A stretch of DNA of 64,000 bases, from assembly GCA_002269645.1 (NCBI GenBank), contig NIVC01001715.1, forward strand, positions 156,439-220,438, read 5' to 3'. Positions 42,271-53,700 of the stretch are shown piece after piece (position 1 is the stretch's first letter; the number at the start of each line of letters is the position of its first letter). A model generated the notes under the pieces. It worked only from the letters and a program-made list of their open reading frames with translations, was not told the DNA's origin and did not search any database. This stretch comes from Macrostomum lignano (taxonomy: Eukaryota). Made by a program: the position numbers and the translations under genes.

Positions 42271-43496
42271 AATTAAGGAAAGTGAAAGTAACTAAGATAT
42301 CAAAGAAGAGTTGGAGTTGGGTTGAACGAGATTAAGCGATACGGAGTGAATTGGCTGAGTGAATCTGAAGTGAATCTGAAACGACCTCAGAAATTTGTCG
42401 TCTCGTAGCACTGATTTACTGATATTGGACATGCGGACTTGTGAGTCAGAGAAAAGTCCACACAATACAATGGCACTTATTGGCTGTCAATTGCAATCAC
42501 CCTGTCTGCAGCTGTGATGAATTTCAGAGAAGTACATATTGAGAGATAGGTCTTGGCTCTGTAGGAAGCTGCGAAACTATTTTTTTCTCAACATTACTGA
42601 AGTCGCTACAAAGGGCATGTAGCCATCCTCATGAGAAAATTTTGAGCAGCTGGAATCAAAACCGAACGAAGGGATGAAAGGAGATCCGGATAGACGTGCT
42701 ACGAGCTACATGCCTGTAAGCGAGACAGAAAAGAACGATACTGTTTTGGAGTTTAGTCTCCAAAATGCAATCCGGTTCGTTCAAGCCAGCGCAAGGCAAT
42801 TGTAGCATTGGAGAGGCCAGAACGAAAGGGTTTCTTTGAGAGGCATTCAGCCCGAGTTCAAGTAGCTGGAAGGGAAGAAAATGGATTAAGTTGGTTAGGG
42901 TGGTTGAGAAAATCGGCTTGAGTCCAGTTGGTCAATCCGGACACCAGATTAGACACCTAAACACGTGCTTGAACAAACCGCATCGCTAAGCCTATGGATT
43001 CAGTCAAGCCGAGTTAGACGAACGGCGAGAAATCATTCCTTATCCACTCGTTTCTCCGCTCCCCATACGGCTGGTTCAGGGTTGGGTTAATCAACGGCTC
43101 AAGCTACTATTTTAGCCGTTGCGGGGATTATTTCTGGTCTCTTCCCCTTCCTTAAGTAATTTTTAATTGAAGAAGCGCTCGCGATTCAGGGACAAGGGAC
43201 GATTCATAGTTGGATATTTCTTGACACTTTTGCGCGTCACAAATCAGGATTCAGGACGCTGCTGCAACTGATTTAGGACACTCACAAAGAAGCCGTGGGA
43301 CTGACAGCCTACATCCGTGATTTCACTTCTTACGCCCTCTGTTGATGTTGTTACTCCCATAGCATAGACGAGAGCTTCTCCTTTCATGTCCCAGCCTGCA
43401 TTAGTAATTAGATAAGAAAATGATGAAATTGAACTTCAAATCATTTTAACAAATTTACAGACTCGATTGAGTCAAGAAAAGAAAGCGCTTGACAAC

Positions 43497-46167
43497 ATGG
43501 GTGCTGCCACCAGCTCAGTTGACAATGCGTCCAATTGTTGGAATCACTCCATTACGGAAGAGCCGCTCTACAAAGGCCTGGCAACGTTCCAAGCCGCCTA
43601 CCGGCCAGTGCACGGGTACCTCTGCGCCGCATTGTGCGTATTCGGAGTCGCTGCCAACCTGGCCAGCATAGTTGTGCTTACTCGGCGCACAATGGTTTCG
43701 TCCGTCAACGTCATCTTAATTGCCGTGGCTGTTGCCGATATGTTTACAATGTTTTTCTACTTTTTCCACTTGCTACACTTCACTGTCATGTCGCCAGCTG
43801 TGGGTCTTCACCAGCCGCACACGCTGTCCTATCCGTGGATACTATATTCTCTGTTCACTATCAGTGTGGTGAGTATAGGCGCTTGTTTTTTCCCGACCCA
43901 CTCGGAACAATTGTTGTCCTTGAGAAAGATTTTAACTCTGCATTGCTTCAGTTCACCCAGCTGTAAAATGGGTGCCAGCATTATATGGGGTAATTGAGGG
44001 TGTGTGTAGCGACCCCCCAATCCTTGGACTGAACAGCCGTACGCAGCCTTCAGATGCGTCGCACAATAGTTGCGGGTGAGCTTTCGGTTGCTCATCTGCC
44101 CATTAAGGGAGGTATAATCGATTATTATATTATTGCTCATTATTTATATGGCCAGTATAGTCAATACTCTCCGCTCAGACATTAGAAAATATCATAGTAG
44201 CACATTGCCTTCCCAAGTACATGTACGGCTCGTAAGTAAATCAGCTCAAATAAAATTCTGTACAAATAAAAAAAGCTACTACAGAAACTGGGCAACAAAA
44301 CACTGGGTTGACAGTTTTTCGTCGTCTAGCCATGCCTGCGACTTCAATCGGCAGGTGGGTGGACTTTTGTCTGGATAAACTGGCCCGGGTTCTATTAGCA
44401 AAGTGCCTCAGCAGGTCCCAGCAAAGATGGACCGCGGCTAAACTATTGGTACACTGCAGCCCGGAACTAGTTTTAGCTGGGAAAGCTGAAAATGTGCGAA
44501 AAGACATCCACAAAGGCTGGATTTTTACAGGGGGGTGGATCAGGGCTGGCTTTGGGTCGAGCGCAGATATTGCAGCAAGCGGGCAAGCAGTATGCAGCCC
44601 TATGCGTCTGCGCTATGACAAATCATTTTCGCACTGAAATGTGAAAATGATACCCTTAGCTGCTATCTGTTCCATCCATCATTATACGTAGTGTAAGACC
44701 CATTTCTTTATGTTTCTCGGCAGCAACTTCGGCGTTAAAAAAAGCGCATATTCGCAAACGGAATCGTCCGGAATGCGAAATAATTGCCGCAGATGTTTTG
44801 CACGACACAATTTATTTGCTTAGAACAATAAAGAAATTAATAGTTAACATTGGAAATCCATTAGAATCCCCAGTGGGTTGTGTTGTTACTTTCGCGATGA
44901 ATTGGTTGACTGGGGTCTTTTACACCATCGATGATCGATAGAATCTCGTAGCTTTGCAGACTTACGCTTGAGATTAAAAAAATGTCAGTCATCCTGTGCT
45001 TCTTGTGATTGTTTTATCCTGAATTTGGACGCAGGATGATAAAAAAGCACCCTGCTTTTTCCAACCTGCTTGGTAACATATAATTTATGCTTCAAAATTC
45101 TGTAATTCATATTTTTTTAATGTTCTTTGGATTTGAAGACTTCCATCAATATCCGATCAAGGACCACTAGAAGCTACTCGTGTCAAATTTGAATAATCTG
45201 TAAGCAAAATCAACAGTCTTCTGCAACTTCTGCGGGTCAGGGAGGTTAAGAAATGTAAAGAGTAGAGTAGAGATGTCGGTATCTTTTTCATCCTGGTTTT
45301 GAACTAGCGCAGTGACTCTGACGCTTGTAAAAACCCAGAAGTTGTCTACTCGCATTCATTTACTACTCGCCTTCTCTGTCGTAGGTTCTGGTTCTTCACA
45401 CAATAGCCAGCTGGTTAACTGTGACTCTGGCCATATTTCGCTATCTGTACATTGCCCTGCCAACCAGAGGCGTTACCCTGGCCAGCATCAAGAATGCGTA
45501 CATCAGCATCGCCGGGATCACGATCGTTTTGACGCTTAGCACGGCGCCGAACTACCTGATGAACGAGGCCGCATACTGCATATCCGCTGATCATGACAAC
45601 GCAACAGTCTACTTTATCAGCACACCGGCTTCACTGCCAAAAGCTCTGGTAATGTCCAACTACTGGACTATCGCCATTGCCTACAAAATCTTGCCGTGCG
45701 GACTGCTGTCTCTGATGACCGTGCTGCTCATCTCGCAGCTGTCCAAGGCGGCCAAGAGGCGCAGGATGCTACTAAACAAAGCCCAAGCGGGCGAAGCGTC
45801 CAGACGAGAGCAGCGCAACGATCGGAGGGAACAGCGCACAACTAGGATGCTGCTGGCTATCGTGATAATCTTCTGGGTGACTGAACTGCCGCAAGGCGTC
45901 ATGTCGTTGATGTGTTTTATCATGGCCTCCTTTCAAAAGAATGTGTACGAACCGCTCGGTGACGTTCTAGACCTGCTTTCGCTGGTGAATAATAGCTGTA
46001 ACTTCGTGCTGTACACCTCCATGTCGAAGCAGTTTCGAGACACGTTCGCGCAGATATTCATATCGCCCTGGTGGCAGCGAGGGGGCGGTCAGGCCCAGCG
46101 GACCCTTGAGTTGGAGGAGCACATTGAGCTAAATGAAAACAACTCGAACAGAGTTGAAGAAAACTGA
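43497..46167 (+). CDS. Rhodopsin-family peptide GPCR, DmsR/FMRFamide-receptor-like; exons 43497-43868 and 45385-46167 (384 aa)
   Basis: GYLCAALCVFGVAANLASIVVL, AVADM, LTVTLAIFRY, RTTRMLLAIVIIFWVTELPQG, LVNNSCNFVLYTSMSKQFR; phase-0 GT-AG intron. Confidence 0.93.
43890..44135 (+). mobile_element. SINE family B copy (5'-truncated), in the GPCR intron
   Basis: Shares tgtccttgag...ctctgcattgcttcagttcacccagctgtaaaatggg with 46875-47135 and 57308-57600. Confidence 0.85.
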
Positions 46168-46874
46168 CGCTAAAATTAATGACGAAATCTCTTTGGAACA
46201 TTTCGACACGACATGCAGTTCTTGCCGTTTTATTTTTTTCTTTGATAAACCCTTTCTGTTAGCCAGTATCCCTCTTCACCTGCTCCCTGCTTAAATAAAA
46301 CATCACTTCCCAATTATTTAATCAGCATGCTTTGTGTTTTAACACTCCTATATAAAGCAAACCATTCGAGCAAGCTTTAAATAATTAAATCGTGAAAGAA
46401 AACGTCACTACTACCAACTCTACATGATTTACTGTTTGTCAGGCCACATAGAGCTAGCTCGAATGCTGAAACAGAGGAAAAAATGAAGCATGAAAAATAA
46501 TGAAGCCAATAGGCGGATAGATTTGTCATACTTTACGCTCGTAGTGCGTAAGCTTGATTTGTAATTTTGGTAAATGACTTTGGACAATTGACCCAAACTA
46601 CAGAGAGATAAACAGTTTGAGGGGGAGAAGAAAAGTCTACAGCGCATGCAGTAACAGGTATTGTAAATCATCAGCATTCTTGTAGATAATGCAATCTAGG
46701 CAGTTATATAAGCAAAGATGGGCTTTTATAGAGTTTAGTCTAACCTGGAAGCGTTCGTTTCTGTGGCGAACTTTAAGTTGGCAGAAGCTGCCTAAAATTA
46801 TCTAAAATATCGAAATGACTTACACAATTCCTTATCGCACGTCGCATGTAGCATATTGTTGGCGTTTTATTAAT

Positions 46875-47135
46875 AGGGGTTCGACTCACTTAAATTTGTG
46901 TCCTTGAGCAAGACACTCAACTCTGCATTGCTTCATCAGTTCACCAAGCTGTAAAATGGGCACCAGGATTATATGGGGTAATTGAGGATGTGTGTGTGTG
47001 GCGACCCCCCCCCCCAGCAGTCCTTGGGCTGAACACAGAACAGCCTTCAGATGCGCCGCAAAATAGCTGCGTCTGAGCTGTCGGTTGCACAACTATCCAA
47101 CAGGGCAAGGCGTAATCAATTATTACTATTAATAC
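46875..47135 (+). mobile_element. SINE family B copy
   Basis: Same body; (att)n-like tail. Confidence 0.85.
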
Positions 47136-47785
47136 TTTATGATACGCACAATTCCTTTAAATACTGAAAAAGAAAATATATTAAGAACTACTAAACACTG
47201 CGATAATTTTAATTCAAGAAAAACCCTTCAAAAATTATTATTTTGCGGATTCTGCCATCCTTGAGGACAAGATATTTATTATTGATCGATTTATTTTTAA
47301 TTTGAAAAAAACGCGAGTTAATCAGAAACATTACATTCCGAAACGCAGAGAAAAGCAACACAGTTACAGCTTGAATTGCAGATTAGCCATAGCTAAGACT
47401 GCGACGACTGCGTAATCTCCAAAATAATATTCTTCCCATGCTCTGCCAATAGAAAGTATTCATACCTAGGAAAATCTACTCAGCAAAATTGTAAAGCCGT
47501 CACCTGTCACCCTTTAACAATAATGTTAATAAAAAAGTGAAACGATGCTATCATTGTGTTACATCCTATTGCTCAGCGTTGTGATTATGTAATGCATGTC
47601 TCGGCAATGTAGACTGTGAGATGTTGCTTACTGGAGCAATTGGAGGCGACTTTTCATAATGCTGACAATTTTGTTCCAGCCTTCCAAAAACATTACACGG
47701 TAGACTAATTACACGCATCCAACTCATTCCCAATCGAATCAGTTATAGAGGATATTATATATTATACAACAAGGCAATTTCATCA

Positions 47786-50700
47786 TTAGTATTTTACATC
47801 GGACAGATTCTCGTTGCTGTTAACGTAGGCCGAGTTGACCGCCCCGGGCTCGAACGGTCGTGAATAGGCGCCGGAGGACTTCAATTCGAATTGGCCGTCG
47901 CCATTGGCGTACTTGGACTCGTCCGTGTCCTCCCTCATCCAGGATGGTCGCAGGTAATAGACAAGAACGTTGACAAACAATAGTAGCAGCAGCAGCGCAA
48001 CCCACTGCGAAAGAAAGAATAGTACGAATAGAAAGATGGCACATGAATTCAGTCAATTTTACTATTCCAGTAAATGACAGCGCCTAATACTACTTTTCTA
48101 GGTAGTTCGCGAGCGACATCATCCATTTTAACTCACAAGATCAGTATAATGCTCTAGAATGGAACTTAAAATTTAACAGTTCTTGCTTAAAACCAAAGGA
48201 TTGACTCGTAGTTCGCTAACCACTTAGTTATGTCGTATCAACTAAAGTATTAACTTAAGACGAAAAGCCATTTTCAAGGCGCTTTGAGTATGGCATCGTA
48301 GCAACTGACCTCAGTGATGACGGTGACAAAGGTCTCAACGCCGTAGTCGTACCAGCGATTGCCTGGTGCCTCATCTGCGGTGCTGCGGATCAGCTCCAGC
48401 GCCCACCAGGCCAACAGGCCCACCGCTTCGAGTGGAGCGATGACGCTGGAAACAAAATTATCGGAGAATAAATTGATTCATTAATCTGTAATCACTTTGT
48501 CAGCCTGTCAAACTAGGTTTTATAAAAAATAACGTCAAAATAATGTAGCTGAGTAAGCTTTTTAAACTATTAAGCTTTATAATCTACAAGTTTTACTAGG
48601 CGTAAAGGGGTTCGGTTTTTCGTGTTGACATCGCTTCATGGTCAGAGGTCGGTGACTTTTACCTCAAGGGCCAAATAAAGCCAGAATGAGAGAGGAAATG
48701 AGAAAGAATAGAAGATGAGAGAGGAGAGAGAACAGAAGAGACGAGAGATGGAATGAGAGAAAAAATATAAGAGAGGAGATTAGAAGGGGGGCCGTAGCCC
48801 AGCGGTCTAGCGCAGGCTCTGGTGTGCCAGCGACCCAGGCTCAATTCCAAGTGCAGTTACATTAATTTGGGGCTGAATTGGAATCTCGGCTTGGCTCTGC
48901 TCGTGCAATTAACGGCCTTGAAGGCCAACCCCCAAGGCGCAGTGAAGTGTACATGCCTAACGATAAAATAAAGTTAGGGCCGCTGTACACTCCTGTGTGA
49001 GTGTGTGCCTGCGTACGTATCCGCGCGCTTGTATGCCTGCTCAGGGGAGTCGGCGGAATGGGCAGCAATGCCTCTCGCCGGTTTTGTGCCTATGTCGCTT
49101 AAAGTGCGCCAGGGTGCACACAACCCCCTGCCTCTAATAAAAAAGGATGAGAAGAGACAAGATGAGAGAGAGGAGAAAGGGGAGAAAGAAGAGGGTTAAG
49201 AGTAGATAGGAGAGAGAAGATGGAAGACGGGGAGAAGCGACACAAGCCTTGAGCTAGACAGATTGCCATTGTGTAGTTTGAAAGGACCCGAGGGCCGGAT
49301 ACAAGTATATGCCTGTCATTCACCAATGAACTAAGAAATCGATTACTCAAGTGGAAATTGTAGCGGCCAGCTTACACAATGATAATCATAGTAACGATCG
49401 TCAAACGCCAGTCCTTCTCGCCGTAGTCATTCACAACCTCTTGCTGGAATTTTCTAACGCCGTACTTAATTACCAACAATTGGAACATGATGCCAGACAG
49501 CATTAGAGCGAAGCCCCACACAAAGTCCTGCAATTTCGTTGTACAAACGTTTCATATTAAAACTGTATTAATTAGACAATTAACTTCCAAATGCGGCGTA
49601 CCTGGTTTCTTAGAATTTCAATCTCCATAGCCGACGGCAGACCAATTAAGAAGGTTGCAATGATCACAATCGGTGTGCCATACTTTCGTGGAACTGAAAT
49701 TTAGAACGATGCAAATAAGAGGCAGGTGAAGTTCATTTTGCAACTCTTTGCTTAACAGAGTTGGCTCATGAACATATTGGGGATGCTCAGTCAGGTACAC
49801 TCGTACATCCCCATACATTGCGTCATCTCCTACAACCGTAGAAAAACACATGATTTCACCACAAATAACCATGAAGAAATACGTGTAGGTTAATTAGTTC
49901 GCAGGGACATACTCTCCGCTGCAAAATCAAGCGACAGTCAAGCAGTCATGGCCATTCCACTGACTCCAGAGTATGCAAACGGACGCAGATAAGTACACAT
50001 ACACGTCATGCATAGTATACAGCGGCCCTGACTTCTCATCGTCACGTCCACAGGCTTGTACGAATGTTACTCTGAGTTTTGGCGGCTCATGCCTTCATGA
50101 GCAATAATTATTTATTCAGTAGATAGCTTACTTCCAAAGTCCTGCAGAGTGAGCGACGTCAATTCGAAATTGGCGATCAACGAGCTAACGCCGGCAAAGC
50201 TGAGGCAGAGGAAGAACAAGACGCAGAGAATTTTTCCTAAGATGCCAACCTGAGCAAATAGCACGGGAATCCAGATGAATGTGAGCCCAGTGGAAGCCGG
50301 TCCAGATTGCTTGATAATCTCCACGATGCCGGTGCGCGATAGAGTGCTCTGAGTCTGGATCAGAGTGGAGAACACTGTCGAGAAGATGGTCAGTGCGCAC
50401 AGCATGCTGCGGAATGAAAATCGCCATGAGAGCTTTTTAAATTCGCTCATCCTAACAAAAGTTATCTTTCTAAACTTAGAAAAAATACGATTGAAATTGT
50501 GTTACCTAACAAAGTTGTTCATGGCGGGAATCAGCGTCGAGAACCTCACGACGCCATGCTTCCTAGTCATGTAGGTTGCGTAGGGAACGATAAGGCCCAT
50601 AGCGGCTCCTGTGTCGAATGCATTTTGGGAAGCCGAGTCCACCCAGAGCCGAGGGTCTTGCAGCGCTTCTGTAGGGAATTGATAACGGAAATCTAGCGTT

Positions 50701-53700
50701 GTTATTACGTCTTTGCGAACTGTGAATGAATTGCTGCATAATGAAACTTCTACAAGTTGTTTTAGCCGTCATGGATTGTTTAATCCCACACGACACCCTA
50801 GTAGGAGCGCACAACTGAACTTACCTAAATCCGGAGTAAATAGGAACTTAATGCCATAGTCGCTATATTTGTTCAGAACCGACCAGCAATAGGTGCCAAC
50901 AATGATGAGCAGCAAGGTAGGCACCAGCACCATGTTGGCCTTCTCAATCCAGGTGATGCCGCTGATTACGCAAGCGCCGGATGCGAGAATGGCCAGGCCG
51001 TGGCACATGATTGGCCAGTAGCTTTTCTCCTGGGAATTGAGAAGTCAATCAGGCGGCTAACGTTACCAACACGTTTTCTGAATTCAGAGTCTCAAATGCA
51101 AAGCAACTGCTCATTTAGGACTGGGAAACTGGGGGACTTAATCCTTCTTCAGGACTGGGAGCCTATGTTAATCTCTAGTCATCTCTATAGTCAGGAGAAT
51201 TTTGTTCCGGGCAAGGAATCCCTAGCTGTTCAGGGCAGGGAATCCCTAGTTGTTCAGGGCAGGGAATTCCTAGTTGTTCAGGGCAGGGAATCCCTAGTTG
51301 GTCAGGGCAGGGAATCCCTAGTTGTTTAGGGCAGAGTGTCCTCGATCCAATGCATTTTCCAGATTCCTCAGGACTGGAAGCCTCAGATCCCAGTTTCTTC
51401 AGAGTCAAAAGCAGTCAACTAGGGAATTTAAAAGAGAAACTCGGATCAAAGCCTTACAGCAAACGCTTCGAATATTTCCTGACTCTCTGGCTCGGCCTGC
51501 GGCAGCTCTCCGGTGGCGGACAGTTGAATCGTTTTGTACACATAGTAGAAACACCAGCCCAGCACGACCGAATAGTAGCAACTGAAAGTTTTTGGTTTAG
51601 GTAACTTTTTACTTTACAAGCTACTGATTTAATAAGTAGTATCGAAAACAAAATAGTGTTCGATAGCTGGCTGAAGAAAAAGAGTTCACTTTGTCGCAAG
51701 CAGTCATCTTATCTATCTAAGCGCTTCGTGCCTTATCGACCGAACTTCTCTCCCAGAGACTGTATAAACAGGCGAGCACACAAAAATCCTCAAAAAACCA
51801 GGAAACACCTGAGCACAAGCCTCGTTTAGCAAATCGGCATTATGGTTTTAATCTATAGAAAAGACCACCGCGTTGCGATGGCGATTGTTACCTGCGCAAT
51901 TCTGTGCCAATGTATGCCTGTTTTAAAGGCCGGAACGTGTAAGTTTCGTGTTGCTTCATTTTTTTAAGCTGGGCTCTCGGAATTTCTGGAAAAGCCTCTT
52001 TTTCGAAGATTGATGTCAGGATGACTTTTCAGTTATGAATTCACGATTTCTGTGGGTCTTGGCGTCATTTTGAGTGTTTTAACCCAATTTGGTTGTCTTG
52101 ACGCCACTTTGGGTGTCTTGACGTCACTTTGGGTGTCTTGACATTACTTTGGGTGTTTTGACGTCACTTTGGGTGTCTTGACGTCACTTTGGGTGTCTAG
52201 ACGTCACTTTTGGTGCTTGACGTCACTTTGAGAGCCTTGACGCCTTTTTTGGTGTCTTGACGTCACTGTGGGTATCTTGGCGTCACTTTGAGAGCCTTGA
52301 CGCCTTTTTTGGTGTCTTGACGTCACTGTGGGTATCTTGGCGTCACTTTGAGAGCCTTGACGCCTTTTTTGGGCGTCTTGACGCATCTAAGTTGTCTAGA
52401 ATAGTGCACTATTTCGGATATCTGAACTCTATTTTTGATGCCTGGTGCTACTTTTGGTGTCTGCATGTGTGCCTTTTAGGTGCCAAGGCGAAAATTAGAT
52501 TACAGGAGCGCCACTTTTCTATGAATTTAATTAATCTATTCTCAGGTGAGAATCGGTCTCCGGCCACGGACCCGTGCGACTGGGTGGCAACCTCTGGCAG
52601 CTGTGCAGAGTACTACCAGGTGTACGCTAAACTGTCCTACCAGTACATCAGCAGTCCCAGGTATCCCGACAGCTACCCAGAGTGAGTTTGATCAAGTCTT
52701 TAAATTTCCATTGAAAGTGTGATGTGTGGCTGATTTGATTGTTTAATTAAACTTTTAGCAGCGCCACCTGCCGCTGGGTGATTTCCTCATGCAACTGCCA
52801 GGATACGGACCAGCAGGAGGGCTTGGAGTATCGGGTGGAACTCGAGATGCTGGACTACGAAATGCAGGAGAGTCCCTCGTGCACTAGGGACTTTGTTGAG
52901 GTTCGGGACGGTAAGTCTAAAGACAGTTCTGAGTTTGCGAAGATTAAACTGGGCCGCCAATCCCTTCTTCCAGGTTGGTCAAACTGGCCGCCACCCCCTT
53001 CCCCCAGTTGGTTCAACTTGGGCCGCGACCCCCTCCCCCAGTTGGTTAAACTTGGGCCGCGACCCCCTTCTCCCAGGTGGTTAAACTTGGGCCGCCAGCC
53101 CCTTCCCCCATGTGGTTAAACTTGGGCCGCCACCCCCTCCCCCAGTTGGTTAAACTTGCGCCGCCACCCCTCCCCCAGTTGGTTAAACTTGCGCCGCCAG
53201 CCCCTTCCCCATGTGGTTAAACTTGGGCCGCCACCCCCTCCCCCAGTTGGTTAAACTTGCGCCGCCACCCCCTCCCCCAGTTGGTTAAACTTGCGCCGCC
53301 AGCCCCTTCCCCCATGTGGTTAAACTTGGGCCGCCACCCCCTCCCCCAGTTGGTTAAACTTGCGCCGCCACCCCCTCCCCCAGTTGGTTAAACTTGGGCC
53401 GCCAGCCCCTTCCCCAGTTGGTTAAACTTGGGCCGCCAGCCCCTCCCCCAGTTGGTTAAACTTGGGCCGCCAGCCCCTTCCCCAGTTGGTTAAACTTGGG
53501 CCGCCACCCCCTCCCCCAGTTGGTTAAACTTGGGCCGCGACCCCCTCCCCCAGTTGGTTAAACTTGGGCAGCGACCCCCTTCTCCCAGGTGGTTAAACTT
53601 GGGCCGCCAGCCCCTTCCCCCATGTGGTTAAACTTGGGCCGCCACCCCCTCCCCCAGTTGGTTAAACTTGGGCCGCCACCCCCTTCCCCCAGGTGGTTAA